This document shows positions 36,966 to 49,112 of a DNA stretch of 64,000 bases, one piece after another. Positions within the stretch are counted from its first letter, which is position 1. Each line of letters starts with the position of its first letter. The DNA comes from Curvularia clavata (lineage: Eukaryota). A program made the translations under genes and the position numbers. The stretch spans positions 2,232,001 through 2,296,000 of the forward strand of contig CP089275.1 of the NCBI GenBank assembly GCA_023920165.1, written 5' to 3'. The notes under the pieces are model-generated. The model made no database searches, was not told where the DNA came from, and was given only the letters and a program-made list of their open reading frames with translations.

Positions 36966-38458
36966 ATGAGACTCTCACTTACCCTCCTCAGCACGTTGCT
37001 GCTACCCTTTCTCACTGCTGCTTCACCCACACCCACCTCTCTAGCCCCTCTTGCTCAAGATGCCCTTCTTTCCATTCCCATCGCCACACCACCGCCCGAG
37101 CGCCGCGAGGACATAAGCATTCCACCTGTATCAATTCCGCCCATATCCATCCCACCAGTCTCTATTCCCTCCCGAGAACCCTACTCCCGCAAGCCATACA
37201 CCCGAAAACCCTACACTCGCATCGAGACGTGTACCCCTGGCTTCTCCGCATACGCAACACCTGGAGTAGACGGCTATGTGCCTCGCGAAGCATGCAATGC
37301 TCTGTGGGCCTACTTCCCCAACTTTGCCGCCGCTGTAGCTTTCTCGGTCCTATTCGGTGTCGTCACGCTGGTGCACATTGGTCAAGCAACCATATATCGC
37401 AATGGCTTCTGCTGGGTCGTTGTCATGGCTGGATTGTGGGAAACAGGTGCCTATGCTTTTCGCGCTCTGGGGTCAAAGGATCAGCAATCATCTGGTATTG
37501 CGCTTGTGGCTCAGATTTTGGTGTTGGTGGCGCCAGTTTGTGAGTGTTCAGCTAGAAGACAGTAGCTTGTTCTGTTCCTAACACTTTCTCAGGGGTCAAC
37601 GCCTTTGCGTACATGGTTTTTGCCCGCATAGTCCATTTTTACTCGCCCACCCGTAAGGTCTTCTATTTGTCGCCTTCTGTCCTCGCTCTCATATTCGTCA
37701 CTCTCGACATAATCTCCTTTGTCGTTCAGCTCATCGGTGGCGGCATGGCAGGCCCAGGCTCAAGCCCCGAGTCACAAAAGAAAGGCTTGGACATTTACAT
37801 GGGCGGGATTGGCATGCAAGAAGGTTTCGTGGTTCTGTTCCTATTCCTAGTCATCAAATTCCACCGCGACCAGCTCCAGGCAGAAAGAATGGGCCGTTTG
37901 AGCGCGGATAAGATTGGTGGCTGGAAATGGTTGATCTGGGCACTTTATATATGCCTGCTGACTATCACCATCCGTATAGTCTACCGTCTCGCTGAGTTCT
38001 CTGCAGGCTTGGGCCCAAGTAATCCGCTTCCAAGCAACGAGCCCGTTTTGTACGTCTTGGAGTCAACACCAATGTGGCTGGCACTTATTGTATGGAATAT
38101 TGTCCATCCAGGACGCTTCATCAAAGGCCCAGATGCAAAGATGCCGCGCTCGTGGCTATCTCGTCATCTCTGCTGCTGCTGCCATAGACGACGTTGCGAC
38201 GACTGCCGTGGTAAGATTGGGCACGACGGACCTCATCGCCACCATCACTTAGGAGAGGATTCAGGGGTGGAAGACCACCAGGAAATGCTGCCTGTCTCCA
38301 AGAAAGACAGAGTTAGTGTTGCTGCAGCTCCAGTCAACCCTTTTCTAGATATACCGTCGAATGAGGAGCAGCTTCGCCTGCGTCCGTCACCTGATCCTGG
38401 ATATCATCGCGATGTTAGTCCTGAGCCGTCAATATACACTGCTTACCGTCCTCGATAG
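36966..38458 (+). CDS. RTA1-like (lipid-translocating exporter family) 7-TM protein with secreted N-terminal extension
   Basis: Signal peptide MRLSLTLL..., then YFPNFAAAVAF, LVAPVW|VNAFAYMVFARIV, FVTLDIISFVVQLIGG, IRIVYRLAEF and HPGR. Intron at about 37540-37592. Confidence 0.88.
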
Positions 38459-39187
38459 TATCAGGGTGAAGTAGAGACGGCCCAGTCTGCGGGTGAAGTC
38501 CGGCTATTTGGGTCACTACGGCGGACAGGTGTCTTGTGGCTGCTGTAAGGCCACGATAGGAGAAGCAATCATTAAAAGTTTAATTTTGAAATATAGTTAT
38601 TGAGATCTTTACACCTCCTGCATCTTAAATAAGCGTTTTTGTTAGTTCGAGTAGCTTTTTCTTTTCTCGAAAAGACTCATAATATGTTAGGAAATCCTAG
38701 ATGTCTTGACTGCAGCCACAGATGCTAAGTACCATGAACCTAGCTATATCCTCTAAAGCACCACCCTGAAAGCGAAAACTTCTACCAAGTAAACTCTCAC
38801 AAGTATATTTGGTTTAGATGGCTCATTTGGTTGGAATGCCCTGGATAGATTTCAAGCTGATTCTTCTCTAGCATCTATGCACCGCTCGTGGAAGTTTGGG
38901 TATAGGATCCAATAGGTTTTCGTTTTCAACGCGTGGATGTTGAGTACTTATTTCCAGTCCATTTCCATTTCTTTTTTGTTCTTCTCAGAGTAATAGGAGA
39001 ACATGCCCATGTACAGTTTTTCAAAGCCCCCCCCCCCCCAAACACATAGTGTACGTACGTTCATCGAATGCACTGCAAACCTGGCCAAGACTATGCAGCT
39101 TGCATCAACGCACTAGGCCTCCATAGGCTGCATATCCCCTCTCTTCAATTATACACAGAAGACTATATTCCTATCATATCCCAGTCC

Positions 39188-40100
39188 TCAAATCAATTCG
39201 ACATCCCCTGTCCCACACCCAACACACCACTGCCTTACCGCACTCCACCTGACAACCCACACATCGCCCCTCTTCATCTCAAACCTCCTATCTGTGCCCT
39301 CTACGAAAATCTCCCCGACATCCCTAAGCGCCCTTACAAAAACCGCCTTGTCCTCGTCGGGCCTATCCACCATGCTAATTCCACCGGTAGTATCATCGAG
39401 CCGCTGCAGCGAAGCTGGAAACTGTGAGAGAAACGAGGAAGAGTAGTGTGACGAGAGGAGCGCCTGGTGGGAAACGAGGTATTGGTATTCAGAGGAAGAA
39501 AGGAGCGGAGTGGGTGTCTCGAGCGAGGCTGTGTGCAGCGATTGGATGTGCAGAGGGTGTGTGTCGATCTGCCAAAAAAAAGCCCGTGTCAGTCAGTTCT
39601 TTCGGAACGTATACAGCAAGAGTCCAGGCACTGAAAAAAGAAGTTTGGGTAGGTAGGTAGGGTGCATGGATGATGCTAGTAGGTAGTTTGGCACTCAACT
39701 CACCTTTTTTATCCGCGCTCTTAGAAAACTCCGGACCAGGAACTTGAATCTCTCGAGTTCGGTTTGGATAATAATGAGCTTGAAGTTGGTCTTTGGGTCC
39801 ATATTTCCCGTCTGATCTTCGACAAGTTCAATCTGACTGCATCATTAGCTACCCGTCTGGTCTCGGCATAGCCAATTGCTTCTTGTTCAGCCGTTGAGCC
39901 AAACGTCTGAAGTTATGACCACCCGGACTCACCTGCTTTCCGATGCGCTCCAAGACTCGTGCCACGAGGTCTGTCGGCCACGGCAGGATCTCGGGCGCCA
40001 CTCTCTCGGCGACCCAGCATCGTGTCAATTCTTGTAAATCGCGCGATTCCTGGGGCGTGGAATCGACGGCGACCTCGGCGAGCAAATCGTCGATATCCAT
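39188..40100 (-). CDS. SLD5: GINS complex subunit Sld5
   Basis: MDIDDLL...[38 protein letters not shown] and [14 protein letters not shown]...GDVELI*. Two introns. Confidence 0.94.
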
Positions 40101-40208
40101 TTTGCTCCCCGTTGCATGAACCGATGTTAAAAACTTGAGTTTTGTTTTGTTTCTTGTCTACGGGCACAAAGCAACGTTTTGCATTAGCTGGTTGCGGGTG
40201 CTATGGGC

Positions 40209-40214
40209 ACGCGT
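40209..40214. promoter_or_regulatory. MCB element upstream of SLD5
   Basis: ACGCGT about 110 bp upstream of the ATG at 40100, with a GCGCGT near-match just beyond it. Confidence 0.5.
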
Positions 40215-41352
40215 TTGCCTGCGCGTGGTGTGCCTTTGGAAGAGAGAGGTCCGTGTAGCGGTAACTTTGTAGCGGTCGGAGGTCGGAGCTTGGTTGGAGC
40301 TTTTGGCTGAAAGTGGGGCAAAAGCAAAAATAGCAGCAGCAATTGGGAAATCTGAATCGACCCAGCAAGGCGTCGCTTATTGCTGAGACCGTGGATTGAA
40401 AGATGCGGTGGCGACGGCGATCACCAGGATTTCGTCGACGCACGCACACGGAGGCTGGCGTGCAGCATGCAGCGCGGTGAGGTTTGGTGGGGAAGCATGT
40501 TTGGGGGATGCGGGGCGGAACCATTAGCGCGAAACATGTGAAGACCTCACCAGTCCCGTCCTCGTTAGCATGTATGAGAGACAACCAGGGCTTTTCCGTC
40601 TCTCAACAGACATGGTGGACACGGAACAAGGCAACACGTCCACTCGGACCGGCAGTCAGTAGGGCGGATACGTGGGGGGTAGTTATTTGTTTTCATTGTC
40701 TTGTTTGCTAGCCACGCTACGGCCAAGAGATCAAGGACAGCAGGAATCCAGTCTGAGCGCTTCAAGGGGACCAAACAAAGAAGTGATTGAGGAGATTGAT
40801 TATGAAATACTGGTAAGGAGCGTAGTAGAGGCACGTAGGCCTAAGGGTGTATGTAGCTTCGTGATGATTCTTAGATTTTGTTCAAGAGAACAACGGGCAA
40901 GAGCTTTTCCCAGCTCTGCACCGCCAAAGGAAAATGATTCCGGATGAGGATGGGTAGCAGTAACAAAGGAAACTAATGGGCTTACGGGCAGACTTGATGG
41001 TGCTGCACAACGCTCGCCGTAGACCAGGTGGGTATCCAGTAATCCCACCACACAAATGGTAAAACTTATGCCCGGGCCCTTGGCTCCGCGACATGGGGTA
41101 TAGAAACGAAAACGGGGACAGGACACCCCGAAGATCAGATGCAGACTGTGTTCTCTGTGGAGAAATCCGGGCACAATGCAGAACAAAGGAAATCGCTTGA
41201 ACGCCCGGGTAGATGGAAGTGAAAAGGACAAAACGCCGATGCTGTGGAATCCCATGCTGATGCAGCAACCATTGATGATAACGCCGTAAATCGATCCGCC
41301 GTAAGTGAGTTTGGTATCGTTATTGCGGCCAAAGGCCAGTGTGAAGGGTTGG

Positions 41353-43308
41353 TTAGTAAGAGGCAAGGCGACGGACAGTGGCAGCCCGCGCGCCGTCGAG
41401 CGAGTCATTGCTCAGGCCGAAGATGTTGTTTCCACTTCTCGACCGACTCATAGTAGTAGGACTGTCTTCCATTTGGCAGGGCTGTCCAAAGGTAAAGGTA
41501 GTAGCACGGTTCAGCTTGGCACGCGACTTGAATTTGAGCCTGTTGAGGCCACGCTCGCATGATTGCTCATGCTCCTTGGCGTCCATGCGAAGGTAGTTTT
41601 GGGGGTAGCAACGGGTAGAGTGAGCATGGAAGAAGGAGCTGTAGCCACCGTCGAGGATATAGACTTCAGGGAAGGAGAGGTAAGGGTACTGGTGAGCGTT
41701 CTCTTTGCGGTCTTGTGAGCGTACGAACTTGGCCCTGTTGTTGTTAGCTGGAGAACAGAGACTAAGACTGCTCAGTCAACTTACATGAGAGGTGCACGGT
41801 GCGCAGAGTACTCGCAGTGGAGTACCAGCAGCGTGTTTTCACTCGAGGGGGCCTGGAAGAGACGCTCGGCAAGCTTTTCCTTGTCACAAAAGTTCAAAGC
41901 ACCTTCAATGTGCCCACCGTTGTATTCATACTCAAAGCGGCAGTCAATGACTACCTTGTTGTCATACAGGTGGTCGTAGACACCATCGAGTACGTCAATC
42001 AAAGTCTCACGGGTGATGCGAGGGAGGCTCTCTGGCTCACTAGTGGTGAAATGGGGGAGCTTGAGGGGGTGGACATCATCAACATCCATTACAGACTGCA
42101 GACCACTGGGCTGATAGTTATCCTGCTCCTGCTTGGCATTCATGACATCACCAGGGCTCTCGAACATGCTCAACGAACGTCGAAACTTGCTTGGGCGGCG
42201 CGAAGAGGGGCCAGCGGGTTTACGGATGGCGGCAAGGGGTGATCCGTTGGCGCTCGACGAAGCCGAGCTAAGACGATATGGCTTGGGCCTAGACGAGCCA
42301 AAGAGGGATCCGTTGGACGTGGGCCTGCTGCGCTCTTGTGGAGGGGAGGCGGCGAAGCACTCGTCCAGAGTCAGGGGCGTCGAGGTGCGGTTGAAGTCAC
42401 CACATCCGAACTGGAAGGGAGGGGGTGGAGGCACCGAGCTGTCGTCCTGCTTTTCCTCGTCTTTGAATGAGACCGAGTTGGAGTTTTTGGCACGTGCAAG
42501 GGAGGGCCTAAGCAGGGCAGACTTTCGGCGACTAGAGAATGTTAGCAGGGACGAGGGCGCACATGCAGCGAGAGTACTGACTCGGCGGCGGACACTGGGC
42601 GTGGGACCTCGATGTTTGGCGTCGGGTATGCAGGAGGGGTCAACATGTCCTCACACGACGACAACATGTCACTGTCAGTACCGGGGGTGGTCTCGGGCGA
42701 GGGAGATGGCAGGGGCAGAGAGCGGTCGTTGACGAAGCTGAATGGAGCCTTGTGGGGAAGAGGCGAGATGTCCATCGAATCTGGAGCAAAGCCGGGCGAC
42801 GAAGACGGAATTGGCGGCGTGGTGACGCCTTCCCAGCGGGCGCAGGGGGTCGAGGTTTCTACGGGGAGCGTGTTAGGGCTCTGTACGTGGTGGGCATTGT
42901 CTGAAAAGGCACAATAAGCCACTTACCCCTCGTGTCCAACTGCTGAAAGAGGTTGGAAGTGAAGAGCGACCGGCGGGGGGTGGCGAGCTGGGGGCTGCAA
43001 CAAAGGACGTTAGCATCGAAAGCGGAAGGCGTCTGAAGCCAGGCGTGCGTAGTGGTTTACCTCTGGTCAACGTGCAGGTTGCTCGACATGTCGGCAGCGA
43101 GACTGGCCGTGGGCGAGGAGCCCAGGCGAGGCTGCATGGCAAAGTAATCCCCCCCGTTCTTCTTCATGCTGAGGTCGCGGAAGTTGAAGTTCTTGGGGCC
43201 CAGGTTGCCTCCGAACAGCGGCTTGGATTGGGGCAGGTCGCGTCGGTATCCCCAGGGCCCGGGAATGGGCGGGGGATGCATGGCGGCGAGAGGCGAGGAC
43301 ATTTCCAT
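41353..43308 (-). CDS. CDC25: M-phase inducer phosphatase Cdc25 (Mih1/NimT)
   Basis: MEMSSPLAAM N-terminus and SPTASLAADMSSNL. Rhodanese domain IDCRFEYEYNGGHI, active site HCEYSAHRAP, then YP...EVYILDGGY. Multiple introns. Confidence 0.95.
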
Positions 43309-46300
43309 GGTGTTTGGATTAAGGGTGGTTGTGGTGAAGGTTGTTGTGGGTGGAGCTGGGCTACCGTTGTACCGAGCAACAGGCCGAAACGAGCGTTTGC
43401 AGTCGGGTGGAGAGAGGCGACTGGCGAACTGGCGTCGGGTGCAGAGGATAAAGCATACAAGACAGAAAAACTAATTCCAATCTGAAGATGCTGGGCGTGA
43501 GGATGTCGATGTGTGGTGTCGGCGGGACACAGAGCGAGGATTGGCTAGAGGCGGGCTCGGGACATGGACATGAGGCTGCAGGCGCGATGGACGAGGTGGA
43601 TATGGTGTTGGTGGTGGTGGTGAAGGCAGGTAGCGACAGCCTATATCCAAGCAGAAGCGAACCGGCGTCCAGAGGCGGTGCAGACCAAGTTAAGGAGGGG
43701 GGGGATTGGGCCTTCTTGTTGGAGCAAAGGTAGAGAGGAAGACAGTGGAGCAGCTGGCTTTGAGGATGCCATGGTTGCTGGGGTAGCCCGCCGCGAAGGT
43801 TAGGGCGGACGGCCAGGGCAGGGCAGGGCAGGGCAGGCGACGGCCATGGGCGCTGGTGCTGGCGCTGGCGTTGGCACTGGCATGGGTGCTAGGCAAGGCG
43901 CTTGCACACACCGGAGGCCTCGCTCACCAGCACGGGACCGCGCCTAGCACGACTGGGTACAGCGACGATCCGCTGCCCTCTAGTAATGCCGCCGCAGGTA
44001 CACGGCACGCTGATTTGATGGCGCTGGCTTGCGTGCAGCTGGGCTGCAGCACCATGACGCTCTTGGTATGCTCTGAATTCTATACATACGTACAGACATG
44101 TGCCTAGCTGCACGCCATAGTAGGAGTAGTAGTAAACAAGAGGGGTTCGCAGCACGACACCCAGATACATAGACATGTAGCCCTCGAACCACGGCTCCGT
44201 GTGCGTCTGACGGCTGCTGCTGCTGCTGCTTCTCGTTGCCATGCACTGCACCCGGCCGGTCCATTTCGCCCTCTGCAGCGCGTTGCCAGAGAAGCAATGG
44301 CTAGCTCGACCCGGCGCGGGCCCATGGCAGATGGATATGGATGCTCCCTGTACGCCCACGGTCGATACGTGAAACCTACGACTTTGCTCATCGAGACCGT
44401 CTCCAAGGGAAACGCGCCCACTGGCACTTGGCCTCGCTACCAACCCGCTGCCCTGCGGCTAGCTGGCTGCTGCATGGCTGCTGCATGTGCTGACCCAAGG
44501 ACCCCAACAACAGGCGTGAACTGGCCCACCTGCCTGCTCGCCTTGTCTTGTAACGTACCTACGTAGCCTTTCGTCATATGCCATACATGGGCCAGGCAAT
44601 GCCTCACGTTTGGCACGCCCGCTGCCAGGGAATCTGAAATCTGGAATCTCATCTATCCCTCCCGACATGTCATACCTGCTGCTCAGCGGCACCCATTGGC
44701 CCGCCGGGAGATTCTCACGCTGCTTTGGGTGTAGCACCACCGACGTCGCACGCGCCGTGGGCTCATCCAGTGGCCGCACGCCGGCTCGTTCACGCTTGGA
44801 TCGCCTTGGGCCTCCCTGGCCTTGCCCCAACACGCTACCCTCGTACTAGTCGTGTGCCTACGATCGAACTGCTGTGCCATGCGATCTCGATGGCGACGCT
44901 CCCCAACGTCATAGTCAACAAGGCTGAGAGACGAACCGCCCGGCTTGCCGTCGACAGACGTGCTTCTCTTGTGCGCAAACCTGTTCGGCTTGTCGAGCGC
45001 TCCACGGATGCCCCTCGTCTCGCCAGCAACGCCCCGACGTCAACACACCACCACCATAACAACAACAACATGACTTGACCACAGTCACCCACCCACCCGC
45101 AAACGTAAGCACGCAATTACTCGGCGTGGCCGGGGTGGGCTGTTTGGCTGTCGCGCAGAGCACAGAGGCGAGCTGAATGACGGTTCGAGAACAGCGGCGG
45201 TTTGCACGCCAGCCGAGCAGTGTCAGCGCGTCTGGGGCCATTTGGCACTGCACAAAACCTTCATAACCGGCTCAGGCCCGGCTGCACTCGCGCCCCCACC
45301 AACGGGCTGACCCCTCCTTTTGTGGGCCCTCGTCCTACGGCCAAGCGGCGGCGCTGGCTGCGCGCGCGCGCTATGGAAACCATTGTCTCGTCGCTAGGTG
45401 CGACGCGTCGGCCGTGGCGTACACAAACAACCCTGCGCACGCTATCACCTGACCCAAACACCTCACCAGCCAGTGGTGCCGTCTCGCTACTCAGGGTCCC
45501 ATCATATACCCCAGACCGAGGGACCCGCCCGCGTTGCCCTCTATGGCCTTTGGCGTTTCGAGACCCTGAAAATCTGCACCGTGACAGCAAGCTAGGCTTC
45601 ATCCTCTTTGTCACCACGGCAGCACCTGGCCGGACGCTTCCGACCATGAGCCACTGAAACGGCCTTGCCGGTGGAGAGGCAGAGCGACCATGAGCCCAAA
45701 GTAGAAGGGTAAAAAAAAAATCTTTGTTGGAAATGGCCGTTTTCAATCCTCACAGGACTTCTCTCGGCCCCGGATGGTCACTCACCATGAAAACAAAGCC
45801 TTGCCCTACACACTACATCCCTTGTCCTGCCATGGCTTGCCCTTGGTGAGTTCGCCATAGGTGAAGAGTCAGCCATACATACGCACGCACATGCACGCAC
45901 GCACGCACTCTCTCTTTCTCTTATTGCACCTTACACATGCACACATACACACACCGGAAAATCCTTTGTGGCACCGCCGTCTGGCTGTTGCGCATCGCAA
46001 CCGCTTCCGGCCCACTAAAGGATTTGCCTTTATCAATATTATACCCCCCAGGGAACACGAGTTTCACTTGTGCATGTGGATCGCGTGCGGCCTCGCTTTC
46101 GGCAGGTCGCTACCTGAGACAACGGGACGCTGTGACGCGCCTTAAAAAAGAGTGTGCTACATGCGGGGGATATCTTGCCGGCCACCTCGACTTTACCCTC
46201 TACTCTTACTGCGACACTCGCATGTCGCTTCCTGGCGTGCATTTGCCATCTTCAAACATTGTCAAATGCCCACGTCATTTCTATCCGGTTCCATCTCACT

Positions 46301-46952
46301 CCTCAGCCCAGTTTCTGATTCATGTTTGCGTGTTCCTGACCTGTTGCCATGGCGATGCACTGGGTGTACGGTAAGACGTGCCTCATTATGTGCACCCGGC
46401 TCCGCTCAACTTTCCGATGAACCCCACCATCGTCAAAGTTATATCCAGAATAAGGAAAAAGGGGCCGACCTTTTTCCCTTTCCATGGTGCGTGCCAATGG
46501 GAAAAAAAGGAGACGCGAAGTTTTTCACCGGGGCACCGACCATGCAATCTGCCATATCGATACCCTCACCGTAATGCGTCTCGCATAGAACCCCTTAAGC
46601 CGCGAGTTTTGAAAGGAATATAAAAGCGGACAAATCCCCATTGCTGCAAGGACACAAGCAAGATGACTGCGTCTCCAGGTCCATGTGCAATTTCTGCAAG
46701 ACGAGGGGTTGGTCATGTCTTGGGCGTATACACAAACGTCTGCAAAAGCATTTGACTGCTCGTCCAAAAAGTAACAGTTTAATTATCAAACTCAACCTCG
46801 GCAGCAGGTCCACCACTGGGTCCTCGACAAGTCATTGCAATGCGCAAGAGAACGGTCAATGTCCAAGTCGACCTAAGTACGACTGCATTTGCGCCCTCAA
46901 TGGGCAACTCAAACTATTGTCTGATTACACGCCATGATAACCCCCCACCCGA

Positions 46953-48521
46953 CTAATCCGTCTGATATCCATTGCTCTGATGGTTCACATCCGTCATACC
47001 CAGTCCGTTCCTTGCCCGGTTCTCCTGCTCAACCACGCTCAACGGTAGTCCCTTGCCTATGCCGCACAGGACAAACAATGCCCACTTCCACCTAAACGGA
47101 TTGATCACGATCGTGAAAACAAACCAGTAAATCAGCTCAGAGTAGGTGAAAAAATCAAAAGCCCCACCAGGTGCTTTGGTCTTGATGAAGCGCGTCATGT
47201 CGATCCACCGCTTCATCCACCATGTCCGCGGTCGTGCGAGCGGATCAACCAGGTACATGAGCAGGAAGCGCGTGTAGATGCCAATGTGGTAGTTGCCAAC
47301 CGTGCCAATGGCGTTGACATAAGTGCAGTTGTTTGCGCAGATGGAAGGGTCTTCAGGTGGGAAGACCTGCAGGTACCAATTCGGCGGGTCGTACGGCTCG
47401 CTGAAGACTTGGTCTGGCAAGAAACCGAGGCTCGGCCGTTTGTATCCTGTAGCCATGATGACAACGTCCGCTTCAATCAGTTTTTCATGTCCCGGCCCGT
47501 TCTTGGGGACTCCTTGGGCCCGCTTGTTAAACTTGATACCATTGCCAGAGTCGTCGTAGCCCAGGATGTCGCCGCGCAGCCAAGAGGCTTTGTTTGAGCG
47601 GATGAGGTCGAGAACCTGGTCATTGACCATCGGGGTCTCAGTAAAGAGGCCCTTGTTTGAGTTGGGCGCTGGTGAGATATCATATAGGTCGCGGTAGAAG
47701 AACAGCCTCAGAATGTACTCTGGAATCCAAGAGAATATTGTTTCCGAGCCAAAGATGTTCAGGGCGAGAAGAACGTCAATGAATGGGTTCCGCGGAATAA
47801 TCCACTTTTCGCTTCTCGAAAGAACATATGCGTGTTTTGCTTCTTCGCTCGCAACAAACTCCAAAGCCTCGACTGCAGATGCGCCTCCGCCAATGATTGC
47901 CACCTTCTTTCCTTTGACCGTCTTTCCGTCTAGGTCAGAACTGTGCCAGATCTCGCCCTTGAACTTCTCCTGGTTTGGCAGCTTGGGCATCTTGGGATCA
48001 CCACACGTCCCGATAGCTGCAATGACGCCATCAAATCGTCCATGGCTAGGGTCGTTGATAATCCACCGTCCATGAGGATCTTTGTAGACCTTCTCCACCT
48101 TGGTATTAAACTCGGTCTTATCCTCTAGTCCATATCTCTTCCACAACTCTGTGATTTGAGAAACAATTTGCTGACGATCGGGATACCCCTTCTTCCAGTG
48201 CACCGAGGGATGGAAGCGATACATGACCGAGTGGATTTGCAAGCCGGACGTGTTGTTCACGCGACTCCAGATTCCACCCAGGTTCTCCTTCGGCCAGGCT
48301 TCAAAGATGCGGCAATCAAAGCCATGACCGACAATATGCGATGCAGCGGACACGCCCGTCAGCCCGGCGCCTATAATGGCGATTTTGGGGCGTGCAAGAG
48401 TCGGATTGGGTGGAGGAGGCGTAGGAGAAAGCAAGAGGTCAAGGACATATTGAATCACCTGGTAGATAAAGAGAATGGGGTGTGTAATGAAGTAGCGAAT
48501 GTAGCTGGTATAATACCCCAT
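46953..48521 (-). CDS. Flavin-binding monooxygenase-like protein (FMO family)
   Basis: FAD motif IIGAGLTG, GGIW, FMO fingerprint FKGEIWHS, NADPH motif IIGGGASA and ATGY. Hydrophobic termini. Intronless. Confidence 0.88.
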   Translation of the reverse strand: MGYYTSYIRYFITHPILFIYQVIQYVLDLLLSPTPPPPNPTLARPKIAIIGAGLTGVSAASHIVGHGFDCRIFEAWPKENLGGIWSRVNNTSGLQIHSVMYRFHPSVHWKKGYPDRQQIVSQITELWKRYGLEDKTEFNTKVEKVYKDPHGRWIINDPSHGRFDGVIAAIGTCGDPKMPKLPNQEKFKGEIWHSSDLDGKTVKGKKVAIIGGGASAVEALEFVASEEAKHAYVLSRSEKWIIPRNPFIDVLLALNIFGSETIFSWIPEYILRLFFYRDLYDISPAPNSNKGLFTETPMVNDQVLDLIRSNKASWLRGDILGYDDSGNGIKFNKRAQGVPKNGPGHEKLIEADVVIMATGYKRPSLGFLPDQVFSEPYDPPNWYLQVFPPEDPSICANNCTYVNAIGTVGNYHIGIYTRFLLMYLVDPLARPRTWWMKRWIDMTRFIKTKAPGGAFDFFTYSELIYWFVFTIVINPFRWKWALFVLCGIGKGLPLSVVEQENRARNGLGMTDVNHQSNGYQTD

Positions 48522-49112
48522 TGTAGCGGCATGGACCGAGCCAATAAGACAGATGGACAGATGGTATTTCAAGTCAAGAGAAGGCGGACTGATGCGCCTT
48601 GCGGAAGGTTAAGTAGGATCAGTGGAATTCCTCGGTCCTCGCGCTTCTCTGTGTCGGATGCATTTGGGAAGACGTGCATCTTTCCAGCTTGTTGTCTCAC
48701 ATATTACGTTTGGTGATGTCACTGTGGTGGGTCTGACATGTGAAAGGTACCAAGTTGCCGGTCAGGTATTGCGCGTTCCTCTACCGAGCCTATCAGAAAA
48801 AAAAACACATGCTGGCGGATCGTTGCGGTCCGAGGCGATGGGGTGAGCGCCATCCGGTAGCTTAAACGGCAATCTCGACATCATCAACAAACTTTGCAAA
48901 TAGGGGGCCGAGGGGCAATGAATGTTTTTGATCACAGTAATCGACAACAGGGATATGCGGGTGCTAAGCGAAGAAGCTTGGATGTCGCTGCTAGTCTGCA
49001 TCCGGGCTGGCGCATTGTTCAACATCCCAAGCCATGGCCCAAAGAGCTCTCCCGCTTACAAGTAGCTTGACTCCACCCCAACCACTCACCGGGGTTTTTT
49101 TTGCTTGCAGCC

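Noticed and set aside
39027..39039. C13 homopolymer downstream of SLD5
   Set aside because: An isolated simple run with no supporting structure.
29060..43308. RAD21, SLD5 and CDC25 as a cell-cycle gene cluster
   Set aside because: Interspersed with unrelated genes; proximity alone is not evidence.
43889..45746. Many 100-180-aa ORFs upstream of CDC25
   Set aside because: They overlap in all frames, have low complexity and show no protein-like motifs.
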